From assembly GCA_951406725.2 (NCBI GenBank), contig OX597841.1:15810001-15874000 (forward strand): a stretch of DNA of 64,000 nucleotides, given 5' to 3'. Made by a program: the position numbers and the translations under genes. Origin of the DNA: Octopus vulgaris (taxonomy: Eukaryota). Position 1 is the stretch's first letter, and each line of letters opens with the position of its first letter. The notes under the pieces are model-generated. The model did not search any database and was not told the origin of the DNA. It saw only the letters and a list, made by a program, of their open reading frames with translations. Below, piece by piece: positions 27,433 to 40,759 of the stretch.

Positions 27433-28208
27433 CAGATCTACGATGATGAATACTACAACCTCCAAAACCAACCACTACCAACACCACCCTACCAGAACTA
27501 CCACTAACACAACAGCAAACAGCACCATCCCCACCAGCATCATCGCGTCATCTACACGAACAGTAACACATCCAACGTCAACACCACCACCCCACCCCAC
27601 CAACACCTCCAGTACCGTTCTCATTACAAACGCTACTACTACTTTGACAATAGCACCACCACCACCATCACCACTACAACCACCACCACCACCACAACCA
27701 CACCGTCAACACCTCTAACACCAACACCGCAGTGAGATTTGAGAGGATTAACCGGGATTAACCGGCAAAGCTCCCCTAAACAATAAGTTAATTTTGTCTT
27801 TGCTCTCTGCTATGCCGTTTGTTGCGAAACCCTACTCCACCTTCTGCCTCTTAGCTGTTCCGTTCCCTTGTCCTCTGTGCATTGCTTGGGCCTGTCCCCG
27901 CTCATGTACGCATGCGCGTGGGCGAATTAATCAACGAGCAAATCCTTTATGATATATTTTCTCTTATCTTTTACTTGGTTCAGTCATTAGACTACGGCCA
28001 TACTGGAGTACAGCCTTGAAGAATCGACTTCAGTAATTTTTTTTAATCTTTTAAGACTGGTCTCTTTTGCCGAAACGCTTATTATAGCGGCGTAAACACA
28101 CCAACACCGGTTGCCAAGCGGTGAGGTGGAACACACAAAGACAGAGACATGCGCACGCTCACACATTATATATATATGTGTGTGTGTGTGTGCATGTATG
28201 CATGTATG

Positions 28209-28325
<117 letters not shown>

Positions 28326-28328
28326 ATA

Positions 28329-28716
28329 GTGGAGGCGCAATGGCCCAGTGGTTAGGGCAGCAGACTCACGGTCATAGGATCGCGGTTTCGATTCCCAGAC
28401 CGGGCGTTGTGAGTGTTTATTGAGCGAAAACACCTAAAGCTCCACGAGGCTCCTGCAGGGGATGGTGGTGATCCCTGCTGTACTCTTTCACCACAACTTT
28501 CTCTCACTCTTACTTCCTGTTTATGTTGAACCTATATTTCAAAGGGCCGGCCTTGTCACTCTGTGTCACGCTGAATATCCCCGAGAACTACGTTAAGGGT
28601 ACACGTGTCTGTGGAGTGCTCAGCCACTTACACGTTAATTTCATGAGCAGGCTGTTCCGTTGATTCGGATCAACCGAAACTCTCATCGTCGTAACCGACG
28701 GAGTGCTTCCATCCAT
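28329..28716 (+). mobile_element. tRNA-derived SINE family B
   Basis: A box TGGCCCAGTGG, B box GTTTCGATTCC; near identical to 45628 and 59959; (TCCA) tail. Confidence 0.92.
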
Positions 28717-28920
28717 AGAGTAATGTCTCGATATATACGAGTTGATTTGCTCCCCGGAGACCACTCGTAAAGCAGAGCAATAATTTCCCATAGTAACAAT
28801 GTTATAAATCGTAATTCGTTCCCAGAAAAATATTTTACCCTATAAAATGTATAACACTCGTAAATAAATGGCAATAAAACAACAGTAAAATGTAAAGAAT
28901 ATTTGAAGCAACGTAAAAAG

Positions 28921-29026
28921 AATATCGAAATCCGGAAATCTTTCGTCACACATCTGTGACCTCTTCAGCGACACTGTGTCGGAAAGTGTCGCTAAAGAGG
29001 TCACAGATGTGTGACGAAAGATTTCC
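28921..29026 (-). ncRNA. Fold-back (42-bp arms) containing a hammerhead-like motif
   Basis: Arms 28934-28975 and 28985-29026 with one mismatch; minus strand AGTGTCG-CTGAAGA-g-GTCACA-gatg-TGTGAC-GAAA...TTT-CGATATT. Confidence 0.55.
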
Positions 29027-30096
29027 AGACAATGGACATGAGTTACAATAAGTATGTGAAGATCATTTATAATAAAAAATATATTTTTATATTCGTTTTC
29101 TGAATCATTGGCCCTCTAAGCCATTGAAAGTTTTTAAAAAAATTAAATTTTTAAATTTAAAATATTATTAGAAATTGGCAAATGGAATAAGTATAATAAT
29201 AATGAACATTGGCAATTTTAATTTTAAAAATTTCATATGTGGCTGAAGATTGCTTTACATTTTAAAACTGATGTAATACTTACAGTGTTCAATAAAATGA
29301 AGTAGCATGAAACGATTGTACTACACTACCTTTGAATATCCTTGTTGCTTATTTTGATTACATATATATATATATACGATGGGTCTCATTCATTCAATTT
29401 CCAATTATCAATTCCTCTCACGACGATTTGATCGGCCCGAAGCTATAGTAGAAGATACTTGCCCAAGTGTCATGCAGTGGGACTGAACTCTGAACCAAAC
29501 TTCTTACCACACAGTCACACCTGCTCTTATATAGCCACATCTGCGCCTATAGTGCCACACCTGCTTCAGAGACATTTCATCACTTCGTCTGGCGGGATGG
29601 TGCAAGATATCACAAGGCATTTCGTCTAACGCAAAACAAATGATTGTCTTGATTTGCCGCCTTGTATTGGGAAAGAGAGAGAAAGAAAACATGCCAAAGA
29701 GGCAGTGATGTAGATTAAAGTATGTGCCGCCCCACGGGTACCTTTGAGTTTGACATATTCCTTCTCTCGGGCCAATATACCCTATTCAGGCTTACACAGA
29801 AAACCCCCAAAGTGCCGTTTCCATAAAAGCGTTACCCGGGGCTAAATTGAAACCATTGCCACCCCACCTCTAGTTATTCTACAGTTTAGTTCATAGTTGC
29901 GGTTATTTTTCTTAGCTGTCACAGATGTGTGAAGGGTGAAGCACGATGTTTCATGCACAGGGGAAGATGCACCCAATTACCTTAATTGAAATGCAAGAGG
30001 GCTGTGTTTATCAAAATGAGTTTTGTGATAAGAGATTCTGGTGTTGCACGACATAATTTGCCTTTAAATACTGTTCTATATTTCAGAGAAGAGGAA

Positions 30097-30788
30097 GGAT
30101 CTTTTCGGTTTGAACGGCAGTTTTTTAAAATAATTTCCATGAAACTAAACACTTTTAAACTTCGTATACTGGTAGAATGTGTTTATAAAACATATTTTTC
30201 TCTTGGCTTTATTGAGAAAATTCTATAATTTGTAAGATATTTGTTGTTTTTTTTCTTCAATTTCTGCAATTTCAACCAATCATTGACGTCTATTCAGGTG
30301 AAAACATTCTGTATCGTATGAATATGTCCCTCGTTTAAGAAACTGATTGGGTTTATGGATCTTTTCGGTTTGACCGGCAGTTTTTAACATAATTTCTAGG
30401 TAACTAAACACTTTTAAACTTCGTATACTGGTAGAATGTGTTTATAAAACATCTTTTTCTCGTGGCTTTATTGAGAAAATTCTATAGTTTGTAAGATATT
30501 TGTTGTTGTTTTTTCTTCAATTTCTGCAATTTCAACCAATCAATGGCGTCTATTGAGGTGAAAACATTCTGTGTCGTATGAATATGCCGCTCGATTAAGA
30601 AATTGATTGGGTTCATTTACATTTTTGAAGAAAAAAGATACCCTTTCCCCCAACCCTAACCCTAACCCTAACTAACCCTAACCCTAAAACAGATTGAAAT
30701 GCAATAGATCGATACTAGGGTCATAATTATGGGTGACAATTTCACATGGCACCGCTAGAAAAAACTGCCGTTCAAACCGAAAAGATCC
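30097..30788. mobile_element. MITE with 30-bp perfect TIRs and 8-bp TSD (Merlin-like), with internal duplication and (CCCTAA)n
   Basis: GGATCTTTTCGGTTTGAACGGCAGTTTTTT at both ends; flanks AAGAGGAA / ATGAGGAA; left 260 bp duplicated from 30357; CCCTAA repeats at 30654-30687. Confidence 0.85.
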
Positions 30789-30840
30789 ATGAGGAATTAT
30801 GTACATTATTAACATTGGACGGGTAGGTGTCATCACCTAT

Positions 30841-31085
30841 CACGGGTATATAGTGTATTGGTTTAGAGCGCGAGCTATTTACCCCAAGATTCCGGGTTCA
30901 ATCCCAGACAGTGACTTGAATGAATTATAACAGTAATAACATGAGCAAAAATACCCCATTAGTCAAATGAAGGGTTGGGTTCAAAATTCCACCAGAACAC
31001 CTGATGAAGGCTGGAGAGTACAACAGCCGAAACATTGTGATAACAACAAACAAGATGAAGACGGCTAACCGTCCATTGAAAATAG
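30841..31085 (+). mobile_element. tRNA-like head plus hammerhead-containing repeat
   Basis: A box TAGTGTATTGG 30851, B box GGTTCAATCC 30895; cac-CTGATGA-a-GGCTG-10nt-CAGCC-GAAAcatt-gtg at 30998-31039. Confidence 0.6.
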
Positions 31086-31386
31086 TGTCCCAAGATCTAG
31101 TGAAACAATTTGAGTCAAATTGGAAAAGGAATGGCCCCAGAAAACAGAATTGGAAGAGTGCTGTGATCAGCGGTGTATAACAGCATCTAGTCTGGTCGAT
31201 AATGTAATACTGTGATATACATGGATGGTTGGATATTGATGCAGATGGATGATGGGCTTACACGCAGTTTTCCTGTTGTTGATGCAGAAATTTCCACGAA
31301 GGTGCCTTGGATCTGGGTTCGAAACCGGTTCTTTCTCTATTGGCAAGAAATCTTGAAATATAACTGAATAACAACATACATACATA

Positions 31387-31559
31387 GTCGCAGGAGTGGC
31401 TGTGTGGTAAGTAGCTTGTTTACCAACCACATGGCTCCGGGTTCAGTCCCACTGCGTGGCACCTTGGGCAAGTGTCTTCTACTATAGCCCCGGGCCGACC
31501 AAAGCCTTGTGAGTGGATTTGGTAGACGGAAACTGAAAGAAGCCCGTCGTATATATATG

Positions 31560-31590
<31 letters not shown>

Positions 31591-31809
31591 TTGTGTGTCT
31601 GTGTTTGTCCCCCTAGCATTGTCTGACAACCGATGCTGGTGTGTTTACGTCCCCGTCACTTAGCGGTTCGGCAAAAGAGACCGATAGAATAAGTACTGGA
31701 CTTACAAAAGAATAAGTCCCGGTGTCGAGTTGCTCAATTAAAAAGGCGGTGCTCCAGCATGGCCGCAGTCAAATGACTGAAACAAGTAAAAGAGTAAAGA
31801 GTAAAGAGT
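31387..31809 (+). mobile_element. SINE family A, full length
   Basis: tRNA-like head with GGTTCAGTCCC B box, microsatellite linker, 3' CCAGCATGGCCGCAGTCAAATGACTGAAAC and (AAAGAGT)n tail. Confidence 0.93.
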
Positions 31810-32049
31810 ATACGTACATACATGTAACAGCAGGATGCGATTTGAGGGAGATTTGACTACTATTTCTAGTAGACCTACTAACCACCTTCAGTTACACCTC
31901 GTTGGTCCATATATACACATATATATATATATATATATACGTACATAAGACACAGTACGGTGTGATTTAAAGGAGAATTGGTTGCTATTTCTAGCAAGCC
32001 AAGCGGTCACTTAGAATTCCCTCGTTGGCTTAGGAAAACTTTGACTTGG

Positions 32050-33370
32050 TCAGAAGGCAAGGGATACAAGAGAAAAGAGAGAAGAGAGTAAGGTAATAGA
32101 GAGCAAGGGTGTATGAGAGAGGGAGATAGAGGGAGACAGAGGACATGGAATATGTAATAAGACAGGAGTGATGGGGAGAGGGGAGACAAGAAAGTAAGAG
32201 AAGGGGAGGAATGAGAAGAACGTATGAAAGTTGCACGGGAGGTGGAAGGAGGGTAAAGTAGAAAGGGAGATAGATACTGAAAGAGTAAAGGAAAGAGGGA
32301 GAAGGAAAAGTGATAGAGTTTTAGGAGAGAGAGAGAGAGAGTGAGAGAGAGAGAGAGATGAGAAAGGGGGAGGGAGGATAGGAGAGAATGTGAGCAAAGA
32401 AAGTATAATGTAAGGGGAGGAGAGGAAAGAGAGAAAGAATAAAGAGAGAAAGAGAGGGGAGAGGAGAGAGAAGGTTAAGGGAAGAGAGAGAGGAGGCAAG
32501 TGTTGGTGATAGAAAAGGGGAGAGAAGCAAAAATTAAGGGTGAAAAGAGAAAGAATGAGAGATAAAGAGAGAGGGAAAGAGAGAGAATGGTGAGCGAAAG
32601 AGGGAGTGAAGGGAGGGATGAGAGAGATAAAGAGATGTAGAGAGAGATAGAGAGGGGGAAAGGACGTGAATGCAAGGCTATAGTTGGAGCAGTGGTGGTG
32701 GAAAGTGGGGAAAGACAGCAAGAGAAGTGTGTGATGAGAAAGATAGAGTAAGAGATAGAAAGAGAAAAGGGGAAGAGAAATGAGAGATAGTGTAAGATAA
32801 ACGGGGAAGGGAGTAGGTAGAAAGAAAGGGAAGAGAGAGAGAGTGATAAAAGTGAGAGAGTAGGAAGGAGATAGAGAGGAAGAGAGCAAGGAGTAAGGTA
32901 AGACACAGAGAGAGGTGAAGACGCAAAGTTGTGGCTGGTGGTGGAAAGTGGGGAAAGACAGCAAGAGAAGCGTGTGATGAGAAAGATAGAGTAAGAGATA
33001 GAAAGAGAAGAAAGGAAGAGAAATGAGAGATAGTGTATGATAAAAGGGGAAGGAGGTAGGTAGAAAGAAAGGGAACAGAGAGAGAGAGTGATAAAAGAGA
33101 GAGAGAGGGAGAGAGTAGGAAAGAGATAGAGACGAAGAGAGAAAGGAGTAAGGTAAGACACAGAGAGAGGTGAAGACGCAAAGTTGTGGCTGGTGGTGGT
33201 GGTGGTGGTGGAGGTGGGAGGCAATGCCAGTAAAAGGGAAGACAGAAGGGGAGGTGAATAGATAAAGTGATAACGAAGTGTACGGAGAGAGAGTGAGAGA
33301 AATAAAGGAGGAGTAGTGGAAGAGGGTAGACTGATTGCGAGAGAGAAAGCGAGAGAGGGGGGGAAAGAAG
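32050..33370. repeat. Polypurine (GA-rich) tract with a ~245-bp tandem duplication
   Basis: GGAAAGTGGGGAAAGACAGCAAGAGAAG...GAAGACGCAAAGTTGTGGCTGG occurs twice (~32695-32940 and ~32940-33195). Confidence 0.88.
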
Positions 33371-33521
33371 GGGAGGGGCGCGCAGAGGCTCCCTCGAAAT
33401 CGCCGTGTTTTAACCGTTAAGACGTTAACAAACCGCTTTCTGCGTGGAATGAGGGCAACCGTTAGGGGGCGCGCGGGCGCGCGAGTGGGTAATGGAGGTT
33501 TCGCGTGTGCGTACGTATATG

Positions 33522-33559
<38 letters not shown>

Positions 33560-33789
33560 CGTGTGTGTGTGAGGGTATTTATGTATGTGCGTGTGTGTCC
33601 GTATACGCATGCATCCGTATAAACAAATGCATATAAACATACATGTATATATATATATATATATGTAATATATATATATATATGGACATCAGTATATGTA
33701 TATACATACATATATATATACATATGTATTCATATGTACACATATATATACATATGTATATATATGTGTGTACATATGTATACATATAT

Positions 33790-33827
<38 letters not shown>

Positions 33828-33833
33828 GTATAC

Positions 33834-33864
<31 letters not shown>

Positions 33865-33965
33865 CATACATATACATATATATATATATCCATGCATATA
33901 CATATACGTACATATACATAGATATACATATGTATATATATATAAATGTACATACATAGATATAC

Positions 33966-34009
<44 letters not shown>

Positions 34010-34639
34010 ATACACACATATATATACATAGATATTGATATATATATATACATACATAAATATATATATATGTACATACATACATACATACATCTGTATA
34101 CACATATATATACATACATATATATATATGTGTATGTATACACACTGTTATGTATAGTCGGTGAGTGGGTTTTGGGTGGTGGGGCGGTGAGGCTTCCACA
34201 ATGTGGCTGGAGTGGAAATCAGAAGTGGGAACGGTTGGTTGTATGGAGATGGAAAAGAAGGGAGACAAATCTGGCTGAGGAGCGGAGGAGGAGGCGAAAC
34301 GGCGGCGTGCGTAAAGGAAAGGGGAATGGGTGAGGGGGGGACGGTTCTTGAAGTGGAAGGAGGGTGGCGGATGGATGCGACGGACGTCGGTAAAAAGGGG
34401 TTTTGGGTCTTGAGATGGAAGGAGTAAGGAGAGGAGGGGAGGAAGGGGAGTGTGTCGGATGTAGGGAAAGTTGGTGGTGGTGGTGATGGTGGTGGTGGTG
34501 GGGAAAAGATGTAGGGCATTTGGGATTGATTTTGTTAGGGAAATTGGGTTCAGAGAGGAAAATAGATAGATAGAGAGAGGGAGAGAGAAAGAAAGAGAGA
34601 GAGATTGGGAGAGAGAAAGAGAGATATAGTGTTAGATAG

Positions 34640-34688
<49 letters not shown>

Positions 34689-34715
34689 GATAGACAGAGA
34701 CAGACAGATATATAG

Positions 34716-34782
<67 letters not shown>

Positions 34783-34784
34783 CT

Positions 34785-34898
<114 letters not shown>

Positions 34899-34900
34899 CT

Positions 34901-34944
<44 letters not shown>

Positions 34945-35209
34945 AAGAGAGATAGAGTGTTGGATAGATAGAGAGAAACAGAGTGAAAGAGAGAAACAGA
35001 GTGACATAGAGAGACAGACAGACAGACAGATACATAATTGGAGAAAGGATAGCTATATACATCCAAACTTCCTCTAGTTTCCTCAATATATATCTACCTT
35101 TCAAAATACATATATATATATATGTGTGTGTGTGTGTGTAGAGCTAACTGGTCGCGCATAATTCCGCTCTTTGGTTTCAATTAAGTTCATATACATATGT
35201 ATGTATATG

Positions 35210-35246
<37 letters not shown>

Positions 35247-35521
35247 TACACAAACACACATATATATATATATATCATGGCTTACATCTATACATGTGTA
35301 CATGTACAAGGATTGCACGATTTATTATGCAATAGATGTGTGTATATGACGTTTAGGGTAGACAAATAGGATCTACGCTCGATTCATACAAATACATGTA
35401 CGTGTAAGTGTATATATATATATATACATATATATATACATATATATATATATACATACATATATATATACATGCTTGTATTCACATAAATATGCATAAA
35501 TCTGTTTCTATGTATACCTAA

Positions 35522-35563
<42 letters not shown>

Positions 35564-35820
35564 CACAGACACACTTATATATATAAGTACATATATGAGG
35601 TTAGGGCACCGGAAGTTGATATAAGGGCTGCTATAACAGCAGACATATGAAGTTAGTGTTGTGTTTTTTGGGGGTTTTCTTTTCTTTTTTCCTTTCCTTT
35701 TTTTTCTTCTTTCTTTTTGCCTTATTTCTCTCTGCAAGGCACGTTCACGACAAACGCACATAGACGCGCTTACTTGTATGTGTTTGTATTAGCGTATACA
35801 CGTCTGTACGTATGCATTCA

Positions 35821-35873
<53 letters not shown>

Positions 35874-36049
35874 AACACACGCAAAAACAAACACATATGC
35901 ACACATACACACACATTTAGAGAGAGATGGTAACATCATTGTATGAAGTTAGAAATTTATATATGAGCCCCAGCATGGGCTTACATAGTTGAACACGTGT
36001 GTGTATGTGTATGTATATATATACGCCATGATAGATCGTTAGCTCCCAC

Positions 36050-36229
36050 ACGCATTTCTTTCTCTCCTTGTTTCTCTCCTTGTTTTTTTTTTCTGTGTCC
36101 CTTTCTGTTGAAGAGCGTAGGCTCGAAATGTAAAAGACTTTTTTCTATTCCTGAGCGCTATACTAATACATTTGTTTGTTTGTACTCCACCTGCCTTCGT
36201 CTTTTGTTTATTTTCGTAAACTTTCCCGT

Positions 36230-36230
<1 letters not shown>
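36050..36230 (+). mobile_element. PLE-like repeat with CUGUUGA hammerhead variant (36101-36136)
   Basis: CTTT-CTGTTGA-a-GAGC-gtag-GCTC-GAAAtGTA-AAAG; second copy at 4640-4800 (-). Confidence 0.6.
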
Positions 36231-36295
<65 letters not shown>

Positions 36296-36305
36296 TGTGC
36301 GCGTG

Positions 36306-36355
<50 letters not shown>

Positions 36356-36409
36356 TATATATACACACATACACACACACACACACACACACAAATATAT
36401 ATATTAACT

Positions 36410-36625
36410 TTCAAAATGTGATATCGTGTGTACCCTTGGCGATTTTTTTTCCTCTGTCTTCCCTTCTCTGGATCTTTCCTTCTCCTATGTTTCCGACGAA
36501 GAGCTCCGCTCGAAACGTTAAACCCTCCTTCTTCCCTTCTTTCCTGAGCGTCCAATAATACTATATTTGTTCCACGTCCTCGCGTTGTTGTGTTTTTTTT
36601 TTTGGTTCATGTTTGGATTAACTTT
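36410..36625 (+). mobile_element. PLE-like repeat with CCGACGA hammerhead variant (36489-36523)
   Basis: GTTT-CCGACGA-a-GAGC-tcc-GCTC-GAAACGTT-AAAC; further copies at 62750-62962 (+) and 60370-60495 (-). Confidence 0.65.
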
Positions 36626-36696
36626 ATATATATTTATATATATATATATATATATACAGAGAGAGAGAGAGCGAGAGAGAGAGACGCCGCTGTATA

Positions 36697-36752
<56 letters not shown>

Positions 36753-36811
36753 TACATATATATATATATTATATATATGTATATTATATATATATATATG
36801 TATATATATAA

Positions 36812-36857
<46 letters not shown>

Positions 36858-37302
36858 GCATATATATGTATATGCGTGTGTGTGTATCTATATGCATATA
36901 TATATAGATATACACACACACATAGATATACACACACACACAAACATATATATATATGCATATAAACATATGCATTTGCGCGTGTGACACTGTATATATA
37001 CCCGATTAATTGTCATTGATGTTTAGTATACGCATTGTGTATGCTTGTATGTCGGCGTGTATGTGTATATATGTGTGTATATATGCGAGTGTGTGTGTTT
37101 GTGTGCCATCGTCGCCGCTCCCCCGCTCCATCTATCCCATCTTTCCTTCGTATAGGTTAATCGGTACGCGTATACGCGTGTGCCGTGTGCCGTGTGCCGC
37201 GTGTTTGTGTGGTGCGTGGTGGGGTGGGGTGGGGTGGGGTGGGGTGGAGGCCAGATTGGAAGGAAAACGCATTACGACGTTGGGAAACACAAAAGCACTA
37301 AC

Positions 37303-37355
<53 letters not shown>

Positions 37356-37482
37356 TGACGATGATGATGGTGATGGTGGTGATCATTATGATGATAAAGA
37401 CAGTAACTGAAATAATGTTATCTTTATTAGCCGCAAGGGGGCGCGGTGCTCAAAAAGACAATGACGGCACAAATAAACACTA

Positions 37483-37519
<37 letters not shown>

Positions 37520-37524
37520 AGATG

Positions 37525-38650
<1,126 letters not shown>

Positions 38651-38652
<2 letters not shown>

Positions 38653-39219
38653 GTCCTGATGCAGTACCGGGCAGTGGCTCTCATGGCTTCTGATGCAGTA
38701 CCAGGCAGTGACTCTCATGGCTTCTGATCTTAACTGATTAGAAGTGTTATCATGTACATTGTTTTGTCTTGGTATAAAAGATGGACTACAGCAAATATTC
38801 TGCTCAATACCACAGATTTGCTTGTCAGTTGTTTGACCTTAACCAGTTGAGCATGTCCCTTAGTGGCTGACGATATGTGCATCTCTGATCACGAGCAGAA
38901 GTAGTGGGGGAGCATCATAGCCATGTGTTGAGAGAAATTCTTTGGGGTTTGAATAATTCACCTCTGGAAACATGGGTGTTTCGTTCAACATCCTTAAACA
39001 AACCTTATTCAGGGACCTTTTGAGCGGGATGGGCTACTCGACCAGAAGAAAATTCTAACTGGGCCCCACCTGCAAGGTCATGTGCTGTCTATCTTGATAT
39101 GAGATCACCATCTCGCGGAGATATGGTTGTGATGCATGTGCCTAGTGTACCCTTATCAGACGGGTAGTCATGATGGGTATACTGGGCTGCGTATATTTGA
39201 TGGCATGCGCAGTTCTCTC
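38651..39219. mobile_element. Unclassified interspersed element sitting in (TAA)n
   Basis: Complex 570-bp segment bounded by AAT repeats on both sides; 34-bp terminal tandem duplication at 38656/38690. Confidence 0.5.
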
Positions 39220-39272
39220 AATAATAATGATGATGATGATGATGATGATGATGATAAATATTAATAATAATA

Positions 39273-39347
<75 letters not shown>

Positions 39348-39384
39348 GGTGTATTAGGAACTATCCCTATGGATAGAGGAAATA

Positions 39385-39993
39385 CATCGACCCCAGTACT
39401 CAACTGGTACTTCGTTTTATCGACCCCCGAAAGAATGAAAGACAAAGTCGACCGCGGTAGAGTTTGAACTCAGAACGTAGAGACGGACGAAATACCGCTA
39501 AGCGTTTTACCTGGGGTGCTAACGATTCTGCTTGCTCGCAGTATTTCGTTAAGGATCTGTTTGTACCTTGCTGTGAACGCAAATACCTATTCCTTTATTA
39601 CTCACAAGGGGCTAAACACAGAAGGGACAAACAAAGACAGACAAACGGATTAAGTTGATTATATCAACCCCAGGGCGTAACTGGTACTTATTTATCGACC
39701 CCGAAAGGATGAAATCAAAGTCGAACTCGGCGGAATTTGAACTCAGGACGTAACGGCAGACGAAGTACCTATTTATTTACTGCCCTCAAGGGGCTAAACA
39801 CAGAGGGGACAAACAAGGACAGACAAACGGATTAAGTCGATTATATCGACCCCAGTGCATAACTGGTACTTAATTTATCAACCCCGAAAGAATGAAAGGT
39901 AAAGTCGGCCGCGGCGGAATTTGAACTCAGAACGTAACGGCAGACGAAATCCTGCTACGCATTTCGCCCGACGTTCTAACGTTTCTGCCAGCT
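39385..39993 (-). mobile_element. SINE family M: partial copy plus capped dimer (39541-39993)
   Basis: Same unit and the same 45-bp cap as 6319-6365. Confidence 0.85.
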
Positions 39994-40137
39994 ACTGCTT
40001 GTCCTTACCAGCCAAAGAAAGGCGACTTGGTCAACGAGGATATCTTTTATTAGCCACCAGGGCGACAGATGAGGGAGATAATACTATGACAGACATAAGA
40101 TGCAGGGATTGATATAAATCATAAAACGAAAAGATAG

Positions 40138-40745
40138 AATACCGTTCTTGATTCGACGGTCATTCGGAATGCTCACAGCAGCCATATTCCTACCGCTCTA
40201 TGTCACGCTGGTGAGACCAATATTGGAGTACGGGATTCAAGCCTCTTCTCCTTATCTCCTCAAAGACATACATCATCTCGAAAGAGTCCAGAAGCTGGCT
40301 ACCCGCATGGTTCTTGGTCTCAAGAATTTGTCTTATGAAGAAAGGCTGAAGACGCTCGACCTTTATTCCCTAGAAAAACGATGACACCGTGGTGATCTCA
40401 TTCTTGCTCACAATATCATAAGCGGAAAGTGTAACCTCTCGAAAGAGCTGTTCTTCACTCCTGCTCCAGAGCGTCGGCTGCGGGGTCATTCCGAAAAGCT
40501 CTATCTGTGACGATTTCATCTCAATTGAAGGAGAGGGACTTTCTCCGTCCGGGTTGCGGATCCGTCGAATAAGCTGCCGGACGAGATGGTGAAGATGCCG
40601 ACGACCGCTCGGTTCAAAGTCTCCCTTGACCACAAGTGGCCAGAACTTTTTACATGAACACCACCCTGTACATAACTCCATGTCCCCCTACATGGCCTTG
40701 CTTTTTGTTTTTTGAGCCAAAAAATTAACTAACTAACTTACTAAC
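40138..40745 (+). mobile_element. CR1-type LINE 3' fragment (family 1), RT C-terminus pseudogene
   Basis: LYVTLVRPILEYG...LERVQKLATRMV..L..LSYEERLKTLDLYSLEKR*..GDLI; in-frame stops; (TAAC)n tail. Confidence 0.92.
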
Positions 40746-40759
40746 ATATATGATATACA

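Noticed and set aside
28329-28410. tRNA genes at SINE heads (also 31387, 45628, 55812, 59959)
   Set aside because: A/B boxes are present, but there is no complete cloverleaf and each continues into a shared SINE body.
29515-29565. Three E-boxes (CACCTG/CATCTG) as a proneural enhancer
   Set aside because: They look like ~20-bp reiterations of the adjacent SINE A 5' end.
30654-30687. Telomere or chromosome-fusion scar
   Set aside because: Only five units, and they lie inside a TIR-bounded MITE.
32050-33723. 557-aa and 554-aa (49448-51112) Leu/Ser/Phe-rich ORFs
   Set aside because: Stop-free simply because the minus strand is polypyrimidine.
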